Source of the DNA: Chloroflexia bacterium
Lineage (GTDB): Bacteria; Chloroflexota; Chloroflexia; QHBQ01; JADMIH01
Reading direction: 5' to 3'
NCBI GenBank assembly: GCA_038203825.1
Contig: JBBRDO010000006.1
Coordinates: 3,760-67,759 of the forward strand
Length of the DNA: 64,000 nucleotides
Shown here: positions 35,615 through 46,079 of the stretch, one piece after another
Layout of the letters: each line of letters starts with the position of its first letter
Position numbering within the stretch: position 1 is the first letter of the stretch
Position numbers and translations under genes: made by a program
The notes under the pieces: generated by a model
What the model saw: the letters and a program-made list of their open reading frames with translations, nothing else
What the model was told of the DNA's origin: nothing
Databases searched by the model: none

Positions 35615-35931
35615 GGAAGTATACAGGCAACAAGCGATATACGACGATGCGAAATTAGATATTCGCGTCGGTGATTTGGGTTATAATGAGCCTACTTTTG
35701 TACGTGAGGGCGACCTTGTGCCTGCCCCAAATAGTTTTGAGGACGAACAATCACGCCCAGGTTATGCCGATAGGGACTTTCACGATCATCCTGGGTTTTG
35801 TTTTGGCTTTGTTGATGCCGGGGTGGGGTTGAATATACTCATGAGGCAGCGGTTATTGTTGAGCGAGTTGGAGGATTCGAAGAACCAGACTTTCGCGGGG
35901 TCGATTTGGCCGAGAGCCAGAGGGGCGATGA

Positions 35932-36219
35932 GTGAACGATAACCTGAGCCGGATTAGAGGAGTAGGTCGGGTGTTGCAAGATGGGCGCGAGATAGCGCGT
36001 GTTCATTACGCGCTAACAACCAGTAGAGAGATCTTCAGCACCTCGTCACATACAAGAGGCTATGTGAGACCTGTAAAGGGGCAGATCGAGGTTGGCGAAG
36101 AATATGTGCTACGTCTGGAGAATGGCAAGGAACTGGAATTCTACGCTCGACATACGAATGGCATCGACTATCCATGGTCCACCTATACCGTGACGGTCAA
36201 CGACGAGCCCGAGGTGTAG
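35932..36219 (+). CDS. Small hypothetical protein (95 aa)
   Basis: GTG start preceded by GAGGGG 7 nt upstream. The composition is balanced and not repeat-derived. The overlapping upstream ORF 35676..35942 is less convincing. Confidence 0.45.
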   Translation: MNDNLSRIRGVGRVLQDGREIARVHYALTTSREIFSTSSHTRGYVRPVKGQIEVGEEYVLRLENGKELEFYARHTNGIDYPWSTYTVTVNDEPEV

Positions 36220-36468
36220 AAGAAGGAGGTGGGGTTTGGAACTTCACCCGCATTGCGCCTGCGATGTCCCATCTTTTCGCCCTTGCGTGTGCACGTCACC
36301 ATAAAAGCAGTGCGGGCAGGGCAAACGCATTGAGAGTGGCCGGGGGCGGAGAAGTGCCTTGAGCAAATAGTGGCGGTTCAGAGCACACTTGAGACACTTG
36401 CGCTTTACGCCCGCTATGAGCTTGTTCTGTGGAACATGGGGGAGGGTCTAGGCCCTGGCCTCCCGCGG

Positions 36469-36477
36469 TGATATAAT
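36469..36477 (+). promoter_or_regulatory. Extended -10 element TGaTATAAT upstream of the STAND/cyclase gene
   Basis: Read directly. Lies 69 nt upstream of the ATG at 36546; GGGGAGGGAG RBS at 36534-36543. Confidence 0.45.
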
Positions 36478-36545
36478 CAACAAATAAATATCGTATAAAG
36501 ACTCTAGCTCGAGCCTACCATCTATGGAGTATAGGGGAGGGAGCT

Positions 36546-39443
36546 ATGCTGACCTTGCCTACAGGAACAGTCACGTTCCTTTACACTGACATCGAAGGTA
36601 GCACCAAACGCTGGGAGAAATCGCCGGCGCCGATGCGAGCCGCGGTTGAGCGTCATGATGCCATCTTGCGGCAGGTTATCAAGGAGAGCGGTGGGTCTGT
36701 CTTCAGAACAATGGGAGACGCCTTTTGCGCCTCTTTCGCCACAGCGCCCGAGGCCCTGGCGGCCGCGCTTGCGGCACAGCGCCTGCTCTATGCGGAGCCG
36801 TGGGACGAGCGGGTGGCGCCTATAGCGGTGCGGATGGCCTTGCACACGGGGACCGGGGAAGTGCGCGACGGCGATTATGTGGGCACGCCGCTCAACCGGG
36901 TGGCGCGGCTGCTGAGCACGGGCTACGGCGGGCAGGTGCTCGTATCTCAGCCCACCTACGACCTGGTGCGGGACGTCTTGCCGCCCGACATGCGCATGAT
37001 TGACCTGGGCGAACACCGACTGAAAGATCTTCAGCGTCCCGAGCACATCTACCAAGCGGTGGCGGCGGGCCTGCCTGCCGATTTTCCGGCGCTCAAGGCA
37101 CTCGATATCATGCCGAACAACCTGCCGGTGCAGCGCAGTCCTCTGATTGGGAGGGAGGCGGAAGTGGCAGCGGCGCAGGCCCTGTTGCTGCAGGACGACG
37201 TAAGCCTGCTCACGCTGACGGGGCCGGGCGGAGTTGGAAAGACGCGGCTGGCGTTGCAGATAGCGGCTGATGTGATCGAGCATTTCGAGGAGGGGGTTTT
37301 TTTTGTAGCGCTGCCGGCGGTCAACGAAGCCGACCTGGTGCTTTCTGCGATTGCGGAGGTTCTGGGCATCAGGGAAGCGGGTGGGCAGCCACTCCTCGAT
37401 AATCTCAAGTATTTCCTCAGAGAGAAGCAACTGCTGTTGGTGTTGGACAACTTCGAGCAAGTGCTTGACGCGGGCACGGTGCTGTCGGAGCTGTTGGAGG
37501 CGGCGCCCCGTGTGAAGGTTATGGTGACGAGCCGGGCGGCGCTCAACCTCTATTTCGAGCGACAGTTTGCCGTGCCGCCGCTGGGCCTGCCGGACGACAA
37601 GAAGGCAATCTCGGTCGAGCAGCTCAGTCAATACGAGGCGGTCCGCCTGTTCATAGACAGGGCGCGGTCGGTCAAGCGCGACTTCGCCGTCACTAACGAG
37701 AACGCGCCCGCAGTGGCCGAGATTTGCCACAGGCTGGACGGGCTGCCCCTTGCTATCGAGCTTGCAGCGGCGCGGGTGGCCATCCTGCCGCCACAGGCTA
37801 TGCTGGCCCGATTGCAGAGCAGGCTCAAGCTGCTGACGGGGGGAGCACGCGACCGGCCGGCCCGCCAGCAGACTTTGCGCGGCACGATAGACTGGAGCTA
37901 CCAGCTACTTGACGAGGGAGAGCAGATGTTGTTCCGCAGGCTGGCCGTCTTCCCCGGCAGCTTTTCACTGGACGCCGCAGAGGCCATTTGCAACGCGCCC
38001 GAGGACGTCGAAATGGCTGTGCTGGACGGGGTGATGTCGCTGATATCGAAGAGCCTGCTGCGCCAGATGGAGGAGTTGGCCGGCACATCTCGCTTCACTA
38101 TGCTCGAAACTATACGCGAGTTCGCCGACGAGAAGCTTGCCGAGAGTGGGGAGGTTGAGGCGCTGCGCACCCGGCATGCACAATACTTCGCCGACCTGTC
38201 CGAAAAGGCCGATGTGGACTCGTTCAATGTCCTGCGGCACGAGTGGGTGGCATTGCTCACAGCAGATCACGCTAACGCGCGGGCGGCTCTCGAATGGGCC
38301 CATAAGAGGGGCGACCTGGTGACGGTGATCCGGCTGGCGAGCTCTATGATGTGGTTCTGGAATATTGGTGGTTTCATGAGCGAAGGCCGTGAGTGGGCCG
38401 AAACCTCCCTCGACCGGATAGACGCGCAGGATAGTACGCACCCGGCGATTGACGAGCAATTGCACGCGAGGGCGCTGTTCGTGGCAGGGTACCTGGCTTT
38501 CATCCAGGGGGATTACAGGGACGCCGGGCTGCGGCTGGAAGATGCGATCAGGCGCCAGCGCGGGCTGGAGGACAAGCGGCTGTTGGCTTATATGCTTCAC
38601 CCCGCCGGGATGACGGCCCACTTCCAGAATAAGTTTGCCCTGGCCCGCGCCCACCTTCAGGAGAGCATTGGGTTGCTGCGCTCGTTTGGCTCGTTGTCGC
38701 AGCTGGGTTTGGCGCTGTTTTCTCTTGGAGATACTGCTCTTGCAGAGCGGAAGGACGACGAGGCCAGAGAGCATTACGAGGAGAGCCTGGAGGTTGTCGG
38801 TAAGCTGAACGACGAGTGGGCGATGGCCCTGCCTCTTACCAGCCTGGGCCGCCTGGCCTGGCTGCATGGCGATTATGAGGAGGCGTATGACCTGGTTTCG
38901 CAAGGTTTGGCCGTGCGGCGCAAGGTGGGGGACCGGTGGGAGGGCGCTATTTCGCTGGCCAGCCTGAGCGAGGTGGCCCGATGCCAGGGCAGTTTTGCCG
39001 AGGCTGCCTCGCTTGCAGAGGAGGCGCTGGGCACATTCAGGGAACTGGGCGACAGGTCGGGCGTCGCCTGGTCGCTCTATAACATGGCCTATGTGGCCTA
39101 TTACGAGGCACGCTTCAAGCAGGCGTCCCAGCTTTTCAGGGAAGCCCTCGAGTTGCGCCGGGAGCAGGACAACATCGAGGGCATTACGGTTTGCCTGGCC
39201 GGTATGGCCCAGCTGGCCGCGATGCAGGAGGAGTTTGCGCCGGCGGCTCGCCTGTTCGGTGCTGCCGAGGCGCTGTTCGAGCCTGCGGGCGCCCGCCTGT
39301 CGCCGTTTGACCGGGCCGATTTCGACCGCACCAGGGATGCCACGCGCCTGCACCTGGGCGAGGCTGACTTTCAGGGTGCCCTGTCGGAAGGCGCGAGGAT
39401 GAGCGCCGTCGATGCGGCAGCGTTTGCGCTGGGCAAGCAGTAG
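36546..39443 (+). CDS. Class III adenylate/guanylate cyclase domain, NB-ARC/AAA (STAND) NTPase and TPR array
   Basis: Cyclase metal and transition-state residues are present ([29 protein letters not shown]). Walker [13 protein letters not shown] and Walker [12 protein letters not shown]. About 450 aa of TPR-like repeats (W..AL..LG.LA...GDY.EA). Confidence 0.9.
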   Translation: MLTLPTGTVTFLYTDIEGSTKRWEKSPAPMRAAVERHDAILRQVIKESGGSVFRTMGDAFCASFATAPEALAAALAAQRLLYAEPWDERVAPIAVRMALHTGTGEVRDGDYVGTPLNRVARLLSTGYGGQVLVSQPTYDLVRDVLPPDMRMIDLGEHRLKDLQRPEHIYQAVAAGLPADFPALKALDIMPNNLPVQRSPLIGREAEVAAAQALLLQDDVSLLTLTGPGGVGKTRLALQIAADVIEHFEEGVFFVALPAVNEADLVLSAIAEVLGIREAGGQPLLDNLKYFLREKQLLLVLDNFEQVLDAGTVLSELLEAAPRVKVMVTSRAALNLYFERQFAVPPLGLPDDKKAISVEQLSQYEAVRLFIDRARSVKRDFAVTNENAPAVAEICHRLDGLPLAIELAAARVAILPPQAMLARLQSRLKLLTGGARDRPARQQTLRGTIDWSYQLLDEGEQMLFRRLAVFPGSFSLDAAEAICNAPEDVEMAVLDGVMSLISKSLLRQMEELAGTSRFTMLETIREFADEKLAESGEVEALRTRHAQYFADLSEKADVDSFNVLRHEWVALLTADHANARAALEWAHKRGDLVTVIRLASSMMWFWNIGGFMSEGREWAETSLDRIDAQDSTHPAIDEQLHARALFVAGYLAFIQGDYRDAGLRLEDAIRRQRGLEDKRLLAYMLHPAGMTAHFQNKFALARAHLQESIGLLRSFGSLSQLGLALFSLGDTALAERKDDEAREHYEESLEVVGKLNDEWAMALPLTSLGRLAWLHGDYEEAYDLVSQGLAVRRKVGDRWEGAISLASLSEVARCQGSFAEAASLAEEALGTFRELGDRSGVAWSLYNMAYVAYYEARFKQASQLFREALELRREQDNIEGITVCLAGMAQLAAMQEEFAPAARLFGAAEALFEPAGARLSPFDRADFDRTRDATRLHLGEADFQGALSEGARMSAVDAAAFALGKQ

Positions 39444-39551
39444 GAGCGGTTGCCCGGCCCGCGCCCTGCGCGGCTCGGTCGCGATCGGCACTGGCTCAGT
39501 CGTGCACGGAGACTAGTATACGCCGGGTATACGGGGTGCGGGTTAAAAGTA

Positions 39552-39580
39552 TTGACACTCGTCGTCCGCTCTGCTATACT
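39552..39580 (+). promoter_or_regulatory. Near-consensus promoter TTGACA - 17 bp - TGcTATACT
   Basis: TTGACA at 39552-39557, a 17-nt spacer containing TGc, TATACT at 39575-39580. AGGGGAGGA RBS lies before the ATG at 39670. Confidence 0.7.
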
Positions 39581-39669
39581 CTTTCCTGGCCTCCAGCACT
39601 TTGACCTCCTGCGCCATAGCGAGGCCCCGATGTTTGCGCGCCCGGGATAGTTAGGGGAGGAAGTAACAA

Positions 39670-39885
39670 ATGAAGATTGAGGTACGGCGCGGGCCACGCA
39701 TAGTGGCCCTGCTTATTCTCGTGTCGTCCATGATCGCAGCAGCTACGTACGTCAATCCGTTACCGACGCAGTCGAGTGCCGGTACTAGCTCACCTTACCA
39801 CATGGGAACCAAGCGCGCAGCCGAACAGGTGCCCAAAACCGTTCCCCAGTCACCGGCCGCATCAACGCCAAACTCGGCCAACTAG
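39670..39885 (+). CDS. Signal-peptide-bearing 71-aa fragment, in frame with the downstream giant surface protein and separated from it by a single TAG
   Basis: MKIEVRRGPRIVALLILVSSMIAAATYV... has an n-region plus h-region. It is in the same reading frame as 39922..44973, and only one stop (TAG 39883-39885) lies between them. Confidence 0.55.
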   Translation: MKIEVRRGPRIVALLILVSSMIAAATYVNPLPTQSSAGTSSPYHMGTKRAAEQVPKTVPQSPAASTPNSAN

Positions 39886-39921
39886 GCATTCACGACTTCC
39901 ACTAGCGGCACCTTCACTGAC

Positions 39922-42900
39922 ATGAGCAGCGGCACAACCCAGCTCGTCGCAGCCGACAGGGATGACGCAGGGTCGACCGTGCAGACCCTCCCCTTCGACT
40001 TCTATCTGATGGGGCAGCGGTTCAACCAGTTCTCTGCCACTTCGAACGGGATGCTGGGGCTGGGCAGCACTGCAATTGGGAGCGCGGTTTACAACCTTTA
40101 TTCAGGCTCCACATCGGCCCCAACCATCTCAGCTTTCGGCGGCGACCTGAGCACCGGGGCATCGGGGTCGGTCCGGTACAAGGTCACAGGTGCCGATCCG
40201 GGCCGGGTGCTGACCGTAGAATACAACAACATGTCCCTGCTCAAAGTGTCATCACCAGGCTCAAACGATGGCACGTACCAGGTTCGGCTTTACGAGACAA
40301 CAGGCAAGATCGAGTTCGTTTACGGACCCATGACACGCAACGCGGGCACAGGTGCGCTTAACGGCCAGCAAGCAGGCATCGGCTGGGCAACGGCTAACTC
40401 AACCAACAGCCTCGTCAGTATCACAACGACCACCAATCTGGCGAGCACGACGGCACCCTTCGGCCAGGCTCTCTATGCGGTGGGGGCGGTCGCCAACCTG
40501 GACAGCCCAACAGAGGGCGCTCGCCGCACCTACTCGATGCTTCCGCCCGTGCCCACCGCCCCCACCAACCTGGGCTTCTCGGCAGTCACCCCCACGAGCA
40601 TGGACCTCAACTGGAACGACTCGCCGGACGAGGTGAGGTACGCCGTCTATCGCTCCACAGACGGCATCAACTACAGCTACTTTGGCGCTGCCGCTTCAGA
40701 CGCGACAACCTTCAGCGCCACAGGGCTAACGCCAAACACGCCCTACTGGTGGATGGTATACGCGGTCTCGGAAGGCGCACCCAGCGCAACAGCCGCCGCC
40801 GGCAGCCAATCGACCTCCCCCGCAACCAACGTCCTGTCAACCGCAGCCGGGGGAGCGTGGAGCGCCCCGGCCACCTGGGTGGGTGGCGTCGTGCCCGCCT
40901 CGAACGACATCGTCACCATCGCCGACGGGTCAACAGTCACCATTGATGCCGCGTCAACCCCCAGCGCCTACAGCGTCACCGTCGGCCAGGGCACATCGGG
41001 TATACTGGTGTTCAACACGACCACCGCTCGCACCCTCGCCATAGTACAATCGCTAACCGTCGCGCCGGGCGGCAACTTCCGGACGGGCGCCACGGGTAGC
41101 GTAAGCACACACATCGTAAGCGTAGGACAGGATGTGACCAACAACGGCACAATCGACTTCAGCACGGGCAGCGGTGCGGGGGCGGGCTTCGTCTTCACGG
41201 GCGGCTCCGACGCCACCTTCACCAACAACGGCTCGCTCGACCTGCGCAACTCCGTGGGCAGCAACGGCGGCCTGCACGTCAACAAGGGCACGGGGCAGGG
41301 CGCAGTGCTCAACTTCGTGCAGAACAGCGCGAGCAACGTCACCACGCAGGGGGCGGTCTCGCTCGGCTTCCTCACCATAGCCAATGGCACGTTCAAGCTC
41401 TCGGGCAGCGCGGCCTTCAGCAACCCCGTGTTCAACCTGGCTGCTTACACAATAGGTTCCACAGCCGCATTCTGGCTGAACAACGCCAGTGCCATAGTCC
41501 TGGGCCAGAATGGATCGCCCACCAACGCGGGCCTGCTCAGAATAAGCGCGGGCATCTTCAACGTGGGCCTGGTCACAGGCAACTCCATGGGCGCATCGGC
41601 AGGGGCGCAATTCCTGATAGAGGGCGGGGTCAGCAACTACGCCAGCAGGTTCCTCACCTCCGCCGCCGTCACCTACACCCAGAGCGGCGGCACAGTCAAC
41701 GTCGCCACCATCGACAACGGCTCAAGCTCCTCAGCCTCCTTCGGCCTGACGGGCGCGTCCAGCGTCATGAACATGTCGGGCGGCACCATCGTGCTCGTGC
41801 AGCGCAGCACCGGTGGCACGCCCCTCGACTACAACGTGCTGGGCACGCTCAACTACACAGGCGGGACGTTGCAGGTGGGCAACGGGGCCACAAGCACCAA
41901 CTTCGACTTCAGATTGAGAGGCCAGATGCCTGCTCTGCTGGTAGATAACACGGTCAACGCCAAATCTGTGCTGCTGACCGCGCAGGCCGGCATCCTGGGC
42001 AGCCTCACCCTCAACACAGGCACATTGCTCAACCTGGGCGGCTTCCTCTGCTCGATTGCCGGGGCCACCATCACCAACAACGGCACCATCACCAACACCA
42101 CCGCGGGCGGGCGCTTCGACCTCACGGGCAGCGCCCCGCAAGCCTACACAGGCAGCGGCATCATGTCGGCGGGCGGCCTCAACATAGAGCTGGACAACCC
42201 CTCCGGCCTTACCATCGATCCGGCCTCCCCCGCCATCAATGTCCTGCGGCTCAACCTCTGGAGAGGCACGATCACAAATGCCTACAAGCTAACGCTGGGC
42301 ACAGCCGGCGCGAGCTCTGCCACCATACAGGTCGGCGTCTCGGGGGCCACGGGTCCAGGAGGCTCCCTCGACAGCGCGCCCACCTTCAACGCAGGCACGG
42401 GAGGCGTCATCCTCATCTATGCGCAGGAGACAGCACCACGCACCACCGGCTTTGAAGTGCCCCCTGCCCGCATCGTGCAGAGCGTTACCCTCGCCAATAC
42501 CAACGGCGTGATCCTGGCGGGCGGCAGCCTCACCATCAACGGCACCCTCACCTTCACCGCCGGCAACATCACGACCGCGGCCAACACTGTGATCATGGGC
42601 AACTCGGCAACGGTCACGCGCACGAGCGGGCACGTCGTGGGCAACCTCAGAAAGACCTTCACAGGAGTCTCAACGAAGACCTTCGAGGTCGGCACCCCCA
42701 ACGGCTACTCGCCCGTCGCGGTCAACGTCACTGCCGGCACCTACCCTGCCACCTTCACGGCAAAAGCCACACAGGGCTCGATGCCCGCTCTCTTCGACCC
42801 CTCTAGGTCGTTGGCCCGCTACTGGACCCTCGCGGCAACGGGCATCACAGCCGACCTCACCTTCAACTACCTCGACCCCACGGACATCCCGGCAACCGCA

Positions 42901-44973
42901 AACGAGGCCAACTTCGTCATCTTCAAGTACGACGGCACCCTCGTCATGCCGGGCGGCACCGTTAATACAATTGCCAATCAAGCCACCATTACCGGCGTGA
43001 GTACCTTCTCCGACTGGTCCCTGGCCGAGCCAGCCGCCGCCAACACCCCCACCCCGATCCCAACCAACACCCCTACCTCCACACCGACCGTTACAACTGC
43101 ACCAAGCGATACAGTCACCACCGCTGCGACGCAGACCCTCACGACTACGCCAACTGAAACTCCGACGAGCTCGCCGACCTACACCGAAACCCCCACCGAT
43201 CTTCCCGCGCTAACCCCTACCTTAACGCCAACCGACACGAGCACGGCTACCGACACAGCAACGCTTATTCCAACCGGGACCCCTACAAGCACAAGCACGA
43301 ACACGGCAACCGAGACGCCGACAAAAACACCAACGTCTACGCCCACCGATGTGCCCAGCACAAACACCCCCAGCGAAACTCCAACCAGCAGCTCCACGGA
43401 AACAGACACAGCGACCGCCACTGCCACTAACACCAATACCCCGACCGAGACACCAACGAATTCACCGACCGACACTAATACCCCAACAGACACTAACACA
43501 GCTACAAACACGCCAACTGCGTCGCCAACATCTACCTACACCCCAACTCTTACGTCAACGCCAACGCCTACAAACACCAACACACCCACCAACACCCCAA
43601 GCTTAACCCCAACCCCAACAGAATCCAACACATCGACAAACACGCCGACTGACACGAACACGCCCTCTAACACTGCTACCACGACTCCGACGAACACGTC
43701 GACGTACACTGGTACACCAACCTACACTTCGACCAGCATCCCCAGCAACACCCGAACGAATACAGCGACGAGCACGAGTACCCCCACAAGCACGGCGACT
43801 GACACTTCAACAAATACGCCCAGCATAACCCCCACAAATACCGACACGGCTACGGCCAGTCCAACCATCACGTCGACTTACACCAGTACGGCGAGCCAGA
43901 CTCCTACTAACACACCAACCAACACACCAACGAACACAGACACAAGCACACCATCAAGCACGCCAACCACCATCCCGAGCAACACAGCCACAGATACCCC
44001 CACAAATAGTCCGACGAGCATCGGCACCAACACCCCTACTAACACTACGACGAACACAGTCACAAGTACGGCTACCAATACAAGTACAAATACCTTGACG
44101 CCTACGAGCACTGTGCCAACGTCCACCGACACGGCTACCGCGACCCGAACCTCTACTTCAACCGACACTCCCCCAGCTACCGCTACTCAGATGTTCACCA
44201 GTAGCCCAACGAGCACGCCTGCTGACACAACCATACCCACGGACACGCCGACCGACATACCGACGAGCACGATCACCGGCACGCCTTCAGCCACCCCGAC
44301 CGCATGCGAATTGCCGTTCGTCGACGTTGCTCCCTCCGACTGGTTCTACGAGTATGTGCAGTATCTCTACTGCCACGGGGTCATCAACGGCTATGTCACG
44401 GAGCCGCCTTGCGATGGGGGCACACCTTGCTTCAAGCCGGTGAACCCCACGACCAGGGGGCAGCTGTCCAAGATCGTGGTCCTCGCGTTCGCCTTCCCGA
44501 TAGACGTTTCCGCGGGGCCAAGCTTCGAAGATGTAGCCGAGGGAAGTACCTTCTATCCCTACATCGAGACAGCCAGGAGCCTCGGCCTGGTCAACGGCTA
44601 TGATTGCGGCAGGCTGGGCGAGCCCTGCGACCCGTACAATAGGCCATACTATCACCCCGAAAGAAACGTGACAAGAGGCCAGATCACCAAGATCGTAGTT
44701 TCCTCGGCGATCATTGCCGACCCGGTCAGTTGGACGTTGCTTGAGCCGGCAGAGAGCGCCTTCCAGGATGTCCCAGCCGGCAGCACGTTCTTCCGATTCG
44801 TGGAGACGGCCTACGCGCACGGCATCATCAATGGCTATCCATGCGGGCCGGCTCCTGCGGGCGTGTGCGTGCCACCCGACAACAAGCCTTACTTCTTGCC
44901 GAATGCGGATGTGACGCGAGCACAGATCAGCAAGATCGTATATCTCGCGAGGACAAGTTCGGCGCGCAGGTAG
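39922..44973 (+). CDS. Giant cell-surface protein: N-terminal adhesin-like domain, FN3, long Gly/Thr-rich beta-helix-like region, about 420-aa Thr/Pro linker, three C-terminal SLH domains
   Basis: FN3: [35 protein letters not shown] x3: [78 protein letters not shown]. There is no signal peptide at the annotated ATG. Confidence 0.9.
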   Translation: MSSGTTQLVAADRDDAGSTVQTLPFDFYLMGQRFNQFSATSNGMLGLGSTAIGSAVYNLYSGSTSAPTISAFGGDLSTGASGSVRYKVTGADPGRVLTVEYNNMSLLKVSSPGSNDGTYQVRLYETTGKIEFVYGPMTRNAGTGALNGQQAGIGWATANSTNSLVSITTTTNLASTTAPFGQALYAVGAVANLDSPTEGARRTYSMLPPVPTAPTNLGFSAVTPTSMDLNWNDSPDEVRYAVYRSTDGINYSYFGAAASDATTFSATGLTPNTPYWWMVYAVSEGAPSATAAAGSQSTSPATNVLSTAAGGAWSAPATWVGGVVPASNDIVTIADGSTVTIDAASTPSAYSVTVGQGTSGILVFNTTTARTLAIVQSLTVAPGGNFRTGATGSVSTHIVSVGQDVTNNGTIDFSTGSGAGAGFVFTGGSDATFTNNGSLDLRNSVGSNGGLHVNKGTGQGAVLNFVQNSASNVTTQGAVSLGFLTIANGTFKLSGSAAFSNPVFNLAAYTIGSTAAFWLNNASAIVLGQNGSPTNAGLLRISAGIFNVGLVTGNSMGASAGAQFLIEGGVSNYASRFLTSAAVTYTQSGGTVNVATIDNGSSSSASFGLTGASSVMNMSGGTIVLVQRSTGGTPLDYNVLGTLNYTGGTLQVGNGATSTNFDFRLRGQMPALLVDNTVNAKSVLLTAQAGILGSLTLNTGTLLNLGGFLCSIAGATITNNGTITNTTAGGRFDLTGSAPQAYTGSGIMSAGGLNIELDNPSGLTIDPASPAINVLRLNLWRGTITNAYKLTLGTAGASSATIQVGVSGATGPGGSLDSAPTFNAGTGGVILIYAQETAPRTTGFEVPPARIVQSVTLANTNGVILAGGSLTINGTLTFTAGNITTAANTVIMGNSATVTRTSGHVVGNLRKTFTGVSTKTFEVGTPNGYSPVAVNVTAGTYPATFTAKATQGSMPALFDPSRSLARYWTLAATGITADLTFNYLDPTDIPATANEANFVIFKYDGTLVMPGGTVNTIANQATITGVSTFSDWSLAEPAAANTPTPIPTNTPTSTPTVTTAPSDTVTTAATQTLTTTPTETPTSSPTYTETPTDLPALTPTLTPTDTSTATDTATLIPTGTPTSTSTNTATETPTKTPTSTPTDVPSTNTPSETPTSSSTETDTATATATNTNTPTETPTNSPTDTNTPTDTNTATNTPTASPTSTYTPTLTSTPTPTNTNTPTNTPSLTPTPTESNTSTNTPTDTNTPSNTATTTPTNTSTYTGTPTYTSTSIPSNTRTNTATSTSTPTSTATDTSTNTPSITPTNTDTATASPTITSTYTSTASQTPTNTPTNTPTNTDTSTPSSTPTTIPSNTATDTPTNSPTSIGTNTPTNTTTNTVTSTATNTSTNTLTPTSTVPTSTDTATATRTSTSTDTPPATATQMFTSSPTSTPADTTIPTDTPTDIPTSTITGTPSATPTACELPFVDVAPSDWFYEYVQYLYCHGVINGYVTEPPCDGGTPCFKPVNPTTRGQLSKIVVLAFAFPIDVSAGPSFEDVAEGSTFYPYIETARSLGLVNGYDCGRLGEPCDPYNRPYYHPERNVTRGQITKIVVSSAIIADPVSWTLLEPAESAFQDVPAGSTFFRFVETAYAHGIINGYPCGPAPAGVCVPPDNKPYFLPNADVTRAQISKIVYLARTSSARR

Positions 44974-45125
44974 CGCGCAGAGGCCAACAGAGTTCCATAA
45001 TTACTGGAATGTCCGCGCTAGTTCAGAACGTCCGGGCAGGCATTATCGTATCAAGGAACGAGCAGTATCCGGGCGTGACAAGTGATTAGCGGCGATGTAT
45101 GACTTATGACTTTGCCGAGGACAAT

Positions 45126-45395
45126 ATGAACCAACGTGCCGAGGTGGACGTGCGCGTGCGCTTGCTGCTTGCCCGGGTGCTTGAACAGGGCCCGGAGCAT
45201 GTGGGCAGCCTGCCGGAAAGCACACCGCTTTTTGGGGGCGGGTTGTCGCTCGATTCGCTGACAGGGCTTGAGCTGCTCACCGGCATAGAGCAGGAGTTCG
45301 GCGTGGACATCGCCGCCGACGACCTCAACCTTGATAGTCTGCAAACCATCGGGACGTTGGTCCACTACCTGAGCGGACGCCTGCGTAATACGTGA
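45126..45395 (+). CDS. Acyl/peptidyl carrier protein
   Basis: Phosphopantetheine attachment context GGGLSLDSLTGLELLTGIEQEFG. I prefer ATG 45126 (GAGGA upstream). The alternative start, 45099, lies in repeat-like DNA. Confidence 0.8.
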   Translation: MNQRAEVDVRVRLLLARVLEQGPEHVGSLPESTPLFGGGLSLDSLTGLELLTGIEQEFGVDIAADDLNLDSLQTIGTLVHYLSGRLRNT

Positions 45396-45410
45396 TGATG
45401 CATGAGCACG

Positions 45411-45446
45411 ACTTACGATCAGCGATTTACGATCAGCGACTTACGG
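45411..45446. repeat. 14-bp repeat ttacgatcagcga x about 2.5, the reverse complement of the 34401-34454 unit
   Basis: acttacgatcagcg atttacgatcagcg acttacgg, read directly. Confidence 0.85.
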
Positions 45447-45447
45447 C

Positions 45448-45981
45448 CTACAACTCGTCCGGCCAGAGCGACAGGTCACATACGTCACGATAGCCGCAGG
45501 CGCGGCAGCGTGCGGGCACGTCGTGGTTGCGCGCGACCTGCCACTCCTCCTGGGTGGCCGTTGTGCGTATTTGCTCCATAGCCTCCAGAAGATGTGCCCG
45601 CGTCTTGCTGTTGTAGTCCACCTTGAATGTGTTGGTGCTGTATTTGAGCAAGCCGTAGGGAGGCTTTTTGCCCTGGGTTTCTTCCAGCAACAGACAATAA
45701 GCCAGTAGCTGTAGAAGGTGCGATTCGCGCGGCTCACTGTCCGTGCGCGTGGGCTTGACCTCTACGGGAACTGGGCCGCGGGATGTGCTGACCACGTAGT
45801 CCGGAGTGCCGGTCAGCCCGTAGCGCGCCGAAAAGAGGGGCTTGCCTCTCTCCTCGATACCCGTGTCCGACTGCATGATTTTCCCTTTCGGCAATCCACT
45901 CTCCTGCCGAAGGCGCGCCGAACGAGCCAGCATAACGACCGCTAGCGCGACAAGTGCTATCGCAATAAAGACCCAGAACAT
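45448..45981 (-). CDS. Cas4/DUF83-like PD-(D/E)XK nuclease with an N-terminal TM helix (solo, no CRISPR context)
   Basis: Motifs GTPDYVV ... VEVKP (D...ExK), LLQLLAY (QxxxY) and C-terminal CRACGYRDVC (CX2CX5C). TM helix MFWVFIAIALVALAVVMLA. I prefer ATG 45981 (GGGAG RBS); the alternative is GTG 46008. Confidence 0.7.
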   Translation of the reverse strand: MFWVFIAIALVALAVVMLARSARLRQESGLPKGKIMQSDTGIEERGKPLFSARYGLTGTPDYVVSTSRGPVPVEVKPTRTDSEPRESHLLQLLAYCLLLEETQGKKPPYGLLKYSTNTFKVDYNSKTRAHLLEAMEQIRTTATQEEWQVARNHDVPARCRACGYRDVCDLSLWPDEL

Positions 45982-46079
45982 GTCTACTCCCAGGAAGCGG
46001 CCGGACACGGTCGCTTATGAGTGGCAAGCGTCACGCCAGTCGTATTTCTAGCCCCTAACCCCTCGCCACCGGTCACTGG

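Noticed and set aside
36522-39491. Two long minus-strand ORFs (36522..37730, 402 aa; 37965..39491, 508 aa).
   Set aside because: They are antisense to the well-supported cyclase/NB-ARC/TPR gene. Their products are Arg/Gln/Pro/His-rich with no motifs, which is typical of shadow ORFs in GC-rich DNA.
43179-44168. Val-rich minus-strand ORFs (43179..43511 and 43878..44168).
   Set aside because: They are the reverse-complement reading of the ACN/CCN Thr/Pro repeat region of the giant surface protein.
45448-46008. The Cas4-like gene as evidence of a CRISPR-Cas locus.
   Set aside because: No cas1, cas2, effector genes or repeat-spacer array occur anywhere in the window. I treat it as a solo DUF83 nuclease.
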